From contig CAWKKR010000001.1 of assembly GCA_963850305.1 (NCBI GenBank), positions 576,001 through 640,000 of the forward strand: 64,000 bases of DNA, given 5' to 3'. Source of the DNA: an uncultured delta proteobacterium. GTDB lineage: Bacteria > Myxococcota_A > Polyangia > Polyangiales > Polyangiaceae. The notes beneath the pieces were generated by a model, which did no database searches, was not told where the DNA came from, and saw only the letters and a program-made list of their open reading frames with translations. Both the position numbers and the translations under genes were made by a program. Position 1 is the stretch's first letter; every line of letters begins with the position of its first letter. Below are positions 1 through 9,525 of the stretch, in pieces.

Positions 1-124
1 GATAGCGCGGCACCACGAAGGTCTCGAGGATGGCGACCTCTGCCGGGGTCAGCTTTCGGCCGAGCATGGCGGTCGGCGCGCGCGGCGCGATGCTCGTTCG
101 GGGGCGCTCCACGGCTTGCATCAT
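1..124 (-). CDS. N-terminal fragment of a gene running off the window start, possibly a class I SAM methyltransferase-like protein
   Basis: Minus-strand open frame from ATG at 124: MMQAVERPRTSIAPRAPTAMLGRKLTPAEVAILETFVVPRY. Divergent from the next gene. Product guess is weak. Confidence 0.45.
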   Translation of the reverse strand, partial: MMQAVERPRTSIAPRAPTAMLGRKLTPAEVAILETFVVPRY

Positions 125-262
125 CGGGGCACCGTTACTCTGCCCGAACGCTCGGCCGTCTGCTCCAACGACTTTCGAGAAAATCGTGAGTTCGTCGTCG
201 CGCGTTGCGCGGGCAGCGGGAAATTCCGCTGCCGGAGACCAAACGCGCTTACTCTTGGAGCG

Positions 263-976
263 ATGCGGGCCGCCGTTTTTGCCGCTGTTCTGGCGGGAGT
301 GTTGGCTGCTGCGACCATGGGACGGCGCGAGCTCTCTTCGACGCCGCGCGTCGTTCCGGTGACCTCGGCGAGCTCGAGCTCGCGTGCCGCTCCGAGCGAG
401 TGCCCACCCGGAACGCTACCGGACCGGGGCGTGTGCATTCCCGCGCCGAATCCCGGCAGGAGCGCGCGGCCGCTCGACGCCGCCCGTATCCATCGCTTTC
501 CCGATCGCGCTCCCGAGTTCTCGCGGTACGTGCTGCCGGCATCGGGCACCGTGACCGATGCTCGTCGCAACTTCGAGCGCGACGGCGGGGTGCTCCTGAC
601 CGGCACGTTCGTCGATGCGCCGGCCGGCACTCCCGTCACGGACGTCGCGCTCCGAGATCAGAGCGGCGACGCCCTCGTCGTCTACGCGGGACCTCTCGTC
701 GGTGCAACGCTGGTGACGCTTCACGCCACCCGCATCAACGAGCGCCCGGAAGGGTACCTGGTCATCATCGGCAACCTCGTCACCGCGCCGGCGTACGCGC
801 CGCACGCGAAGCTCTCCCCGGACACCGTCGTCGGCAAATCCGGAACGACCCCCCTTTATCTCGAAACGAGACTCGTCCGCCCCGACACCGACGTCTTCGC
901 GCTGACGCCGAAGCAGCTCCTTGACGAGGCCACGACGGTGTCCGTCGATTTGCGGAACGTCTTTCGTGTCCGGTGA
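263..976 (+). CDS. Exported/membrane-anchored hypothetical protein with a degenerate M23-peptidase-like C-terminal region
   Basis: GGAG just before ATG 263. Hydrophobic N-terminus MRAAVFAAVLAGVLAAA. C-terminal VVGKSGTTPLYLETR resembles the M23 G-x-x-G...PHLHFEVR tail but lacks the His ligands. Confidence 0.6.
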   Translation: MRAAVFAAVLAGVLAAATMGRRELSSTPRVVPVTSASSSSRAAPSECPPGTLPDRGVCIPAPNPGRSARPLDAARIHRFPDRAPEFSRYVLPASGTVTDARRNFERDGGVLLTGTFVDAPAGTPVTDVALRDQSGDALVVYAGPLVGATLVTLHATRINERPEGYLVIIGNLVTAPAYAPHAKLSPDTVVGKSGTTPLYLETRLVRPDTDVFALTPKQLLDEATTVSVDLRNVFRVR

Positions 977-1063
977 CGGCGTGGCGCGGGGGACAGAGAT
1001 GCACAGGAAGAGGTAAGGGCAGAAGGATTTGGGGGCCGCAACAGAGACGGCGCGGATGTCCGT

Positions 1064-1440
1064 GAAGCCGGCGAGGACGTCCGCATTCTGACCACGGACG
1101 TGAGCATCCTCGCCGACATCATGCACGTCCTGAGCGAGGACGCGTCCGTCCTGAGCGAGGACGCGTCCGTCCTGAGCGAGGACGCGTCCGTCCTGAGCGA
1201 GGACGCGTCCGTCCTGAGCGAGGACGCGGACATCCTGGGCGAGGACGCCGACGTCCTGAGCGAGGATGCGTCCGTCCTCGGCGAGGACGCGTCCGTCCTG
1301 AGCGAGGACGCGTCCGTCCTCGGCGAGGACGCTTCCGTCCTCGACGACATCATGCACGTCCTCGCCGAGATATGCGCGTCGTCGCCGAGATCATGCGCAT
1401 CCTCGGCGACATCATGCACGTCCTCGGCGCGGACCTTGGT
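1064..1440. repeat. 21-bp tandem repeat array, about 17 units, consensus GTCCTSRGCGAGGACGCGTCC, between convergent genes
   Basis: Units read directly at 1106, 1127, 1148, 1169, 1190, 1211, 1232, 1253, 1274, 1295, 1316, 1337, 1358 (20 bp), 1378, 1399, 1420. Four consecutive identical copies at 1127-1210. Confidence 0.95.
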
Positions 1441-1578
1441 GTCCGCCGTGCGGCGCTGCCCATCGTCGGAGCGACCCCCTCGTTCCTGAGCCGCATCGCG
1501 CCGATAACCCCTCAAAATCCTTCCCGTCCTTCCGACTTCCCGTGCCCACTCTCCCATCTGGCACGGCGCCGCGCGCGC

Positions 1579-2268
1579 TCACGTCACGAGCTTGTAGCCG
1601 AAGCCGTAAACCGTGAGGATGTGCTTCGGCTTTTCGGGCTGCTTCTCGAGCTTCTTCCGGAGCTTGACGACGAAGTTGTCGATGGTGCGGTTCGAGGGGT
1701 TCGCTTCGATGCCCCATATCTTGTTGAGGATCTCGTCCCGGCTCACGGGTTGACCGGCGCGCTCGTGCAGGAGACGAAGGAGCTCGACCTCGTAGAAGGT
1801 GAGCTGCTCGGTCGTCTTGCCACGAGAGAGGGTGTGCGCCGCGATGTTGACGGTCGCGGGACCGATCTTGAAGCTACTCGCGGTCTCCGTCGGGCGGCTC
1901 GCGCGGCGGAAGAGGGCCCGGAGACGCGCGACCAGCTCGCCGGGACTGAACGGCTTCGTCATGTAGTCGTCGGCGCCGGCGTCGAGGCCCCGGATCTTGT
2001 CGGCTTCCTGGCTCCTGGCCGTGAGCATGATGATCGGGACGAAGGGGTCGTGCCGCCGGATGTCTTCGCAGATCTGATAGCCGTTCACATCGGGCAGCAT
2101 CAGATCGAGCAGCACGGCGTTCGGCTTCTCGTGACGGGCGAGCGCGACGCCCTGCTTGCCCGTGCCTGCGCTGACGACCCGGAACCCCTCGAACTCGAGC
2201 GCGTCCGCGATGCCGAGGGCCATCGCCGGCTCGTCTTCGATCACGAGGATGGTGCGCCGGGTCTCCAC
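1579..2268 (-). CDS. OmpR/PhoB-family response regulator
   Basis: Receiver motifs ILVIEDE, LLDLMLP, IMLTA, GADDYMTKPF. Winged-helix tail SNRTIDNFVVKLRKKLE...TVYGFGYKL. Confidence 0.95.
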   Translation of the reverse strand: METRRTILVIEDEPAMALGIADALEFEGFRVVSAGTGKQGVALARHEKPNAVLLDLMLPDVNGYQICEDIRRHDPFVPIIMLTARSQEADKIRGLDAGADDYMTKPFSPGELVARLRALFRRASRPTETASSFKIGPATVNIAAHTLSRGKTTEQLTFYEVELLRLLHERAGQPVSRDEILNKIWGIEANPSNRTIDNFVVKLRKKLEKQPEKPKHILTVYGFGYKLVT

Positions 2269-2319
2269 GTTCCGGCCGCATGTTAGCCTGTGGCCCGGAC
2301 GGTGGACAGAACCCCGTGG

Positions 2320-4410
2320 TCAGTCGGAAATGGGGCTCGCCGCGACGCCGCTCTTGAGACGATTGACGAGAGCGTCGAATGCTGGGTTGTAACCGAAGTC
2401 CTGCGTCGTGGGCGGCCCGGCGAGATTTCTGGCGCAAATGGACGCCACGAACGAGTCGTCCCCGAAGTCGTGGAGGACCTGGAGCTCGCGCAAGCCGGGG
2501 TAGGCCTTCGCGTAGATCTGGGTCTGACCGTACGCGTTGGCGTCGGTCGGATTGTTCGGGTCTTCTCCCGCGCCTTGACAGATTGGGTTCGCCTCCGATG
2601 CCTGCGCTGCGAGGCAATCACACCGGTGCACGCTAGTCGTGGGGGCCTGAGATTCGGCGAGGCAATCGCGTGGCGTTGCGAGCTGGAAGATGCACGCGTA
2701 CTGGAGGTCCGTGTTCTGGGCCGCGTTCCATTCATGGCCGTTGATCGGATTCGAGCCTGGCTGGCCCGGTGCCGGCGCATTCGTCGGCGGGACGATGGGA
2801 TCGCCTTGCGCGTCCGTACCGCTGCGCACTGCGGACGACTCCTGCATGAGAATGTCCGTCGGCTGCGTCGGCGCGGCGGTGCCGCTGGGACTCTGATTGC
2901 CGAGGATGACGTTCCACGTGCCGTTCGCCTTCATCTGCGCCGCGGTCTGATAGTGGAGGTCGCTGTCCGCGTAAGGCACGCCATTGCCGTCGACCTTGCT
3001 CGCGATGTCCTGCCAGGGCACGCCGAGAATGCCGCCCAGGTACACGAGAGAACGATCCCGGTGACCGGAGCCGCCGGCATAAATGGGATTGTCGACGATG
3101 CCCGACGCCGAGCAGCCCGCAAGACTGAGATCGGCGTGCGCAGGACAGATCTGCGGCTGCGTGAGCGCGTTCACGTAGCGCTGCGTGGGATAAAGGAAAT
3201 CGATGCCGTAGCGTCGCTTTTCGTCCCAGCAGCGCAGGTTCGCGGAGTCCTGCGCGGCCCAGCCTTGCTCACGCACCTGACAAGCCTGAGTCTCATCCGG
3301 GCAACCAGCCGGGGTGCCCGAGTTGCAATTGTGGCAACAGGGATCGTTCGGGTTCGCATCGCACTCCGGCGTCCCGGGCGGCATCGTGCCGGCGGAGGGA
3401 GGCATCGCGATGAGATAGTACTGCCCGCCCTCGATGATCGAGCAGTCGTTTTCGTCCGTGAGCATCACGACCGCGAGCAGCGAGTCGGGACGGAGAAACG
3501 CGGCGCGCTGGGCCAGCAACGTTTGATCGATACCCGACGGCGTGGCGCACTTGCTGCCGCCGCCCCCGCCGCACGATTCCACGCTGATCGATTGATACGG
3601 AGCAGGATCGACGAGGAAGCGGTACCACGACTCGAGCTGCGACTCGTAGCCACAGCCCTGGTCGTCAGTGGCCACCACCATGGCCGCCAGCGTTGTGTCG
3701 AACGGTCCCAGGGAGGCCGCAGCCTGACCGATCGCAGGATGCCAGTTCAGGAAGCCCTGCGACGGATCGACGACCTCTCCGCCGGGAGGATTTTGGTAAC
3801 GCGGGCGCGAACCGACGAGCCACGCGTGGTCATTCGCTTCCTGGTCGGTCACCTTCCCGGAGGTGTCCGAGCCGAGGCAACTGGTCGAGCCGTGCCCGCC
3901 GAGGCTCGAAGTGACGATGCCGACGTGCATGTCGGTGATGGGACTGAACTCCCGCGTCTCGCCCGCGGGGCAGGCGCTCTCCGGCGACGCTGCGGGATCC
4001 CCCACGCTGCCGTCCGCGCGGAGACAGTTCGGGTTGACGAGCCGCTGCACGAGCTGCGGCACGGACGCCTCGAGGACGGCCTGCTTGTCGGCCATCGAAC
4101 TCGAGTTGTCGATCATGAACAACAGGTCGAGCTGGTTCGATCGAACCGTCACCAACCCGCCGTCGATGCTACCTGACGCGGTCCCACCCGTCGCCAGTGC
4201 CGAACCCCCGCTTCCGAGTCCGCCCGCGCCCGAACCGCCGCCGTTGATGCCGCCCGCGTTCGAACCGCCGACCTGGCCTGCCCTGCCGCCGCTGTTCGAC
4301 GCAGTACCGCCTGCGCCTCCACCATCGGGGCCGCCCGGACCGGGGCTCGTCTCACCGCACCCGACCAACAAACACAAGCCGACGACCGCGCTTGCGAGCA
4401 TCCTCATCAT
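2320..4410 (-). CDS. Cys-rich lipoprotein with VWA/MIDAS-like domain (paralog A)
   Basis: ATG 4410 with upstream AAGGGG. Lipobox LLVGC, Gly-rich linker, DLLFMIDNSSSM (DxSxS MIDAS), FLRPDSLLAVVMLTDEND, many Cys. Confidence 0.85.
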   Translation of the reverse strand: MMRMLASAVVGLCLLVGCGETSPGPGGPDGGGAGGTASNSGGRAGQVGGSNAGGINGGGSGAGGLGSGGSALATGGTASGSIDGGLVTVRSNQLDLLFMIDNSSSMADKQAVLEASVPQLVQRLVNPNCLRADGSVGDPAASPESACPAGETREFSPITDMHVGIVTSSLGGHGSTSCLGSDTSGKVTDQEANDHAWLVGSRPRYQNPPGGEVVDPSQGFLNWHPAIGQAAASLGPFDTTLAAMVVATDDQGCGYESQLESWYRFLVDPAPYQSISVESCGGGGGSKCATPSGIDQTLLAQRAAFLRPDSLLAVVMLTDENDCSIIEGGQYYLIAMPPSAGTMPPGTPECDANPNDPCCHNCNSGTPAGCPDETQACQVREQGWAAQDSANLRCWDEKRRYGIDFLYPTQRYVNALTQPQICPAHADLSLAGCSASGIVDNPIYAGGSGHRDRSLVYLGGILGVPWQDIASKVDGNGVPYADSDLHYQTAAQMKANGTWNVILGNQSPSGTAAPTQPTDILMQESSAVRSGTDAQGDPIVPPTNAPAPGQPGSNPINGHEWNAAQNTDLQYACIFQLATPRDCLAESQAPTTSVHRCDCLAAQASEANPICQGAGEDPNNPTDANAYGQTQIYAKAYPGLRELQVLHDFGDDSFVASICARNLAGPPTTQDFGYNPAFDALVNRLKSGVAASPISD

Positions 4411-4573
4411 GCGAACCCCTTTCAGGCACAGAGTACCATCCGTCGTTGGTGGATGCGGCACGCCATTTCGGCTCAATGAAACGCGAACGACCGCGCCTCG
4501 GCGGGCTGCCCTCGTCTCGGGCGGCCCGGCACGCACCCTGCCCTACCGCCGCACTACACTTGGTCGCGCTTGC

Positions 4574-7102
4574 TCAGGGTCCCGCGTCGGAGGTCGACTG
4601 TGTCGCGCTGCCGCCCGCACCGGTGACGACGGTCGCCGTCGTGCCGTTCGCCTGGTTGCCGAAGCACGCGATGAGCAGCGTCGCGTCGGAGGCCGGCGTC
4701 TGGTGCTGCGGATCGTCGAAGTTGATGATGCGTTGCTCGTTGGCCGGACAGTTCGCCACGAGTGACTCGCTGTCGTTCGCGTTCTGCGACGGGTCCACGT
4801 AGCACCAGCCGGGGACGGCGTTCGGGTCCTCGGCGCCGGTGTGACAACCCGGATCCGCAGACGGCTGAAGAGCGCAGAACAGGAAAGCGTCACAGCTGTT
4901 GAGCGGCGGATCGCCGCAGACCTTCTGGTTCTTGAGCTGATCCTCGACCGGCCCGATGACGGCCGGATCGGCGGGCACGCGACCCTTGCTCGCGTCGCAC
5001 TGCTGGACGTCGGCGCGCGGCCGCGCTTCGATCAGGGTGCAGGGGATCGTCGGCTTGCCATCCGCGCCGACGACGGGCGTGAGCGTCAGGGGGAGGCACT
5101 TGCCCGAGAGCTGCTCTTTCAAGCGCTCCACGATCGAATCGACGGCAGGGTTGTAGCCGTAGTCCTGATCCGTGACGTTGCCGGTCAGATTCTTTGCGCA
5201 GATCGAGGCGACAATCGAGTTGGCCCCGAAGTCGTGGAGCACCTGGATCTCTCTCAGACCAGGGTAGCCCTTGGCGTAAATCTGATTCGTGCCGTAGGCA
5301 TTGGGATCGGTCGGATTGGCCGGGTCTTCCCCCATACCCTGACAGAGTGGGTTCGCATCCGAAGCCTTGACGTCCAGGCAGTCACACGCATGTGGCGAAC
5401 CAGCCTTGGCTTCGGCGGCGCAGTCGCGCGCCTTCGCGAGCGGGAAGATGCACGCGTACTGGAGGTCCGCGTTCTGGTCGGCGTTCCACTCGTGACCGTT
5501 GATCGGATTCGACCCCGGCTGCCCCGGTCCCGGCGCGCCCGCCGGGGGGACGATGGGATTTCCGTTGGCGTCGGTGCCGCTCCTCACCGCCGAGGATTCC
5601 TGCATGAGGATGTCCGTCGGCTGCGTCGGCGCGGTGGTACCGCCCGGGCTCTGATTGCCCAGAATCTTGTCCCACGTGCCGTTCGACGTCATCTGCGCCG
5701 CGGTCTGATAGTGGAGGCCGTTGTCCGTGTACGGCTTGCCCTTGGCATCGACCTGGGTATCGATGTCCTCCCAGGGCACGCCGACGATGCCGGCGAAGAA
5801 GACCAGGGACGGATCGCGAGGCGCACCGGAGCTCGCGAAGAGCGGGTTGTTCACCGGTTGAATCGGGTGACCTTGCCCGTCCGTGCAGTTCGTCGTGCTG
5901 AGATCCAGGTTGGCCGGGCAGATCAGCGGCTGCGAGAGCGCGTTCACGTAACGCTGCGTCGGGTAGAGGAAGTCTATGCCGTACCGCTTCTTATCTTCCC
6001 AGCACCGCAGATTCGCCGAGTCCTGCGCTGCCCAGCCCTGCTCCTTCGCCTGACAAGCCTGCGATTGATCCTGGCAACCACTTGGCGGTGCCGGAGTTCC
6101 GCAGTTCCGGCAGCACGGGTCGTTCGGGTTCTGATCGCACTCGGGCGTCCCGGGCGGGATGGTGCCGGCGCTCGTCGGCATCGCGACGAGGTAGTACTGG
6201 CCCTGTTCGATGATCGAGCAGTCGTTCTCGTCCGTCAGCATGATGATCGCGACGAGGGAGTCCGGCCGCAGAAACGCCGCCCGTTGAGTGATGACGGTCT
6301 GATCGACACCGGTCGGCGTTGCGCACTTGCCCCCGCCGCACGGCTGGAGCGAAATCGACTGATACGGCGTCGGATCGACGAGGAACCGGTACCATCCTTC
6401 GAGCTGCGACTCGTAACCACATCCCTGATCGTCGGTGGCCGTCACCATCGTCGTGAAGGTCGTCGTGAACGGGCCGATCTCTGCGCCGGCCTGGCCGGTA
6501 CCGGGTTCCCACGCGAGGAAGCCCTGCGCCTGATTGACGACTTCTCCGCCCGCGGGGTTCTTGTACCGCGGCCGTGAGCCGACGAGCTCCCCCTTGTCGT
6601 TCCCCTCTTCGACGGTGCTCGGTTGCGTGGGGTCACCCAGACACTGCGTTGCACCGTGACCGCCAAGGCTCGACGTCACGATGCCCACGTGAATGTCCCG
6701 GATCGGATTGAACTCGCGCGTCTCGGCGCCAGGACAATTCTGGTCCGGCGACGCCGCCCCCGCCCCGATGCTGCCGTCCGCATTGAGGCAGTTCGGGTTC
6801 ACCAGGCGCTGCACCAGCTGCGGCACCGCCGCCGTGAGCACGGCCTGCTTGTCGGCCATCGAGCTCGAGTTGTCGATCATGAACAAGAGGTCGATCTTGT
6901 TCACCGCCGTCTGATTCACCGTGTCGACGAACACGTTCGTCGTCCTCGGCGTGCAGTCCGTGTCGCACAAGGGCCGATCCAGACACGCGCTCGCCCCGAA
7001 CACCGCGCCCGCCACGCCGACCAGAGCCACGAGGCCCAGGCGAATCGCTCTCGAGATGCCGCGCTTGGGGGCCTTCCGGTCATTGACGATCGATTGCATC
7101 AC
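4574..7102 (-). CDS. Cys-rich lipoprotein with VWA/MIDAS-like domain and extra C-terminal Cys-rich domain (paralog B)
   Basis: AAGGAG upstream. Signal peptide ending ASAC, KIDLLFMIDNSSSM, FLRPDSLVAIIMLTDEND. Long peptides identical to 2320-4410. Confidence 0.85.
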   Translation of the reverse strand: MMQSIVNDRKAPKRGISRAIRLGLVALVGVAGAVFGASACLDRPLCDTDCTPRTTNVFVDTVNQTAVNKIDLLFMIDNSSSMADKQAVLTAAVPQLVQRLVNPNCLNADGSIGAGAASPDQNCPGAETREFNPIRDIHVGIVTSSLGGHGATQCLGDPTQPSTVEEGNDKGELVGSRPRYKNPAGGEVVNQAQGFLAWEPGTGQAGAEIGPFTTTFTTMVTATDDQGCGYESQLEGWYRFLVDPTPYQSISLQPCGGGKCATPTGVDQTVITQRAAFLRPDSLVAIIMLTDENDCSIIEQGQYYLVAMPTSAGTIPPGTPECDQNPNDPCCRNCGTPAPPSGCQDQSQACQAKEQGWAAQDSANLRCWEDKKRYGIDFLYPTQRYVNALSQPLICPANLDLSTTNCTDGQGHPIQPVNNPLFASSGAPRDPSLVFFAGIVGVPWEDIDTQVDAKGKPYTDNGLHYQTAAQMTSNGTWDKILGNQSPGGTTAPTQPTDILMQESSAVRSGTDANGNPIVPPAGAPGPGQPGSNPINGHEWNADQNADLQYACIFPLAKARDCAAEAKAGSPHACDCLDVKASDANPLCQGMGEDPANPTDPNAYGTNQIYAKGYPGLREIQVLHDFGANSIVASICAKNLTGNVTDQDYGYNPAVDSIVERLKEQLSGKCLPLTLTPVVGADGKPTIPCTLIEARPRADVQQCDASKGRVPADPAVIGPVEDQLKNQKVCGDPPLNSCDAFLFCALQPSADPGCHTGAEDPNAVPGWCYVDPSQNANDSESLVANCPANEQRIINFDDPQHQTPASDATLLIACFGNQANGTTATVVTGAGGSATQSTSDAGP

Positions 7103-7364
7103 TCAGGCTCCTTGAACGAATACGCCGAGCGCGGAGCCGTGGGTCCGTGCTCGAAGCAAGCGATTCGTTCTAAATGCGCGACATCACTCTTGTCAATCGC
7201 GCTGGACGGGACTGCCGAAGACGTGCACCCACGGTTCACCTTTCGAGTTGAAGTGAACAGAAACGGGCACACCTGCGGGTTCATGCGACCCAGGTCTTAC
7301 GCAAGGCGTGTGCCCGCGGGAAACGACGGCAAAAGCCCGGTATCCGGATCGCAGCCGCGGCAAC

Positions 7365-9422
7365 TCAGTTGGCCTTGACGGGGTCGTTCGCCAACTCCGT
7401 ATGGGGCTGGGACTTGCTTTCGGGCTGCCTGGACTCCCCCTCTTCCACTTGCTGCTCCTCTTCCACGAGCCCGTCGTCCATATCCACATCGCTCTCGCGG
7501 CCGAGGTGTTTGCGGAGGGCTTCGACGTGCCGGCGCGTCACGCCTTTCACCGCGAGCACTTCGGCGTCGGTCGCGCGGCGAATGCCGTCGATCGAGCCGA
7601 GGGTCGTCAGTAGCGCCTTTCGCGTCTTCGGACCCACGCCGGGAACGTCGTCGAGCCGCGACGCGAAGCGGCGGCGCTTGCCGACCTTCTTTCTTCCGCT
7701 GTTCGCGAACCGGTGGGCTTCGTCGCGCGCGACGGCGAGGATGTAGAGCTCGGGGCTGTTCGGCCGGAGAGCGATCGGGTTCTTCTGGCCGGGCAGGTAC
7801 ACGCGATCGACGATCTCTTCTTCGGTCATGCTCTCGCGCTCCTTGGCGAGCCCGACGATGCGAAGCTCGTGCAGCCCGAGATCCCTCGCGGCGGTGAGCG
7901 CGACCGCGAGCTGTCCGCGCCCGCCGTCGACGACGAAGAGGTCCGGCAGATCCCAGGCGTCGCCCTCGACGCCCTCCGCGGCGCTCCTGCCTCGCGCGAA
8001 GCGTCGCGACAGGACCTCGAACATCGCGGCGTAGTCATCCCCGGGCCCCGCGGAGCGGACGTTGTACGTGCGGTAGCGGGACTTGTCGGGCACGCCGTCC
8101 TTGAGCGCGACCACGCCGCCGACCGTGTCCTCGCCCCCGAGATGCGAAATGTCGCAGCACTCGATGCGCCGCGGCAGCTCGGGGAGCCGGAGCTTGTTCT
8201 GGATGCGGGCGAGACGTTCGTCCATGTCCTCCGCGGCGCGCCGCTTCTCCTCGAACGCATGCTTCGCATTCTCCATCGCGAGGTCGAGGAGCTGCCTTCG
8301 AGCACCGCGCGCCGGCGCGAGCACCGACACCTTTCGCGACGTCTCCCCCTTCGCCCGTGCGGCCTCGGTACGCCGTTCCGAGAGCCACTCCGCGGCCCCG
8401 TCGCACCCTTCCGGCAGGACGGGCAGGAGGATCTCGTCGGGGATCAGCACGCTGCCGGGGCCGCCGTCGGCATAGTGTTCGCGCAGGAACGCCGCGGCGA
8501 CTTCGTCGTCCGGGATCTCGGCGTGCGCGTGCGAGAAGCTCGCCGCTTCCACGACGCGCCCCGAGCGCACGTAGATGACGCTGAGCTCGACGAGGTCGCC
8601 CTGCCGGTAGAGGCCGAGCACGTCCTGATCCCGATCGCTGACGGAGACGACGCGCTGCGCTTCCCGCACGACGTCCACGGCGCGGAGCTGGTCTCGGTAA
8701 ATCGCGGCGAGCTCGTACTCGAAATTCGCGCTCGCGTCGCGCATCCGCGCCTGGAGCTCGCGCGACAGCTCGTCGTGCCGCCCGTCGAGGAAGAGCGCAA
8801 CCGCGCGCACTTGCTCCGCGTAGAGCTTCGCATCCACCTTGTAGACGCACGGCGCGGGGCAGCGCTTGATCTGAAACTGCAGGCAGGGGCGCTTGCGGCT
8901 CACGAGCTCCCGATCCGAACAGGTCCGGAGCTGAAAATGCTTCTCGACGAGGTGAAGGGTGCGACGCGCCGCGGTCGCCGAATGGTACGGCCCGAAGTAC
9001 CGCGAGCCGTCCGACTCCGCGCGCCGCACGAGCTCGAGCCGCGGCCACTCGTGTGCCGTGGTGAGCCGGAGCGTCAGGTACTCTTTGTCGTCCCGGAGCT
9101 TGACGTTGTACTTGGGCTTCTGCTCCTTGATGAGACTGTTCTCGAGGATCGCCGCTTCCTTCTCGGAGGTCGTGACGATGGTCTCCAGATCGCCGATGGC
9201 GCGGAGCAGGATCGGGATGAACGCCCGTGTGTCGCTCGACCCCTCCTGGAAGTAACTGCGCACCCGAGCTCGCAAGCTCTTCGCCTTGCCGACGTAGAGA
9301 ACGTCGCCCTTGCGATCGCGAAACACGTAACAGCCGGGCCCCGCCGGCAACCCCTCGAGCTTCTTCGAAACCGCGTCCGGCAACGCACCCGGGGCGGCGT
9401 CTTCTTCGTGATTCGCAGCCAC
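7365..9422 (-). CDS. uvrC: Excinuclease ABC subunit C
   Basis: GIY-YIG region PGCYVFRD...LYVGKAKSLRARVRSYF, RIECCDISH, LPDLFVVDGGRGQL, RDEAHRFA, C-terminal HhH (VPGVGPKTRKALL). GTG start at 9422 after GAGGGG. Confidence 0.97.
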   Translation of the reverse strand: MAANHEEDAAPGALPDAVSKKLEGLPAGPGCYVFRDRKGDVLYVGKAKSLRARVRSYFQEGSSDTRAFIPILLRAIGDLETIVTTSEKEAAILENSLIKEQKPKYNVKLRDDKEYLTLRLTTAHEWPRLELVRRAESDGSRYFGPYHSATAARRTLHLVEKHFQLRTCSDRELVSRKRPCLQFQIKRCPAPCVYKVDAKLYAEQVRAVALFLDGRHDELSRELQARMRDASANFEYELAAIYRDQLRAVDVVREAQRVVSVSDRDQDVLGLYRQGDLVELSVIYVRSGRVVEAASFSHAHAEIPDDEVAAAFLREHYADGGPGSVLIPDEILLPVLPEGCDGAAEWLSERRTEAARAKGETSRKVSVLAPARGARRQLLDLAMENAKHAFEEKRRAAEDMDERLARIQNKLRLPELPRRIECCDISHLGGEDTVGGVVALKDGVPDKSRYRTYNVRSAGPGDDYAAMFEVLSRRFARGRSAAEGVEGDAWDLPDLFVVDGGRGQLAVALTAARDLGLHELRIVGLAKERESMTEEEIVDRVYLPGQKNPIALRPNSPELYILAVARDEAHRFANSGRKKVGKRRRFASRLDDVPGVGPKTRKALLTTLGSIDGIRRATDAEVLAVKGVTRRHVEALRKHLGRESDVDMDDGLVEEEQQVEEGESRQPESKSQPHTELANDPVKAN

Positions 9423-9525
9423 GACTTCCGCCCCTCGAGTACCCCGAGCCGGGAGCTTGCGCGAGGGTTTCCTCGGAGGGCTTTTGCTCTCACGCCGCCG
9501 CGGCGCTAAGCGAGCCCTCGCCTTG

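Noticed and set aside
1064..1440. CRISPR array or coiled-coil CDS (1100..1489 +, 416..1357 -)
   Set aside because: Units are contiguous with no unique spacers and no cas genes. The ORFs lack a credible RBS, are open on both strands only because of the repeat, and one overlaps a real gene.
2290..6577. Long plus-strand ORFs of 628 and 578 aa
   Set aside because: Antisense shadows of the VWA lipoproteins, typical of high-GC DNA, with no motifs.
7110..7360. Riboswitch upstream of the VWA genes
   Set aside because: Hairpins exist (GTTCAC/GTGAAC, CGGGCACAC/GTGTGCCCG) but match no consensus I recognise. They may simply terminate uvrC.
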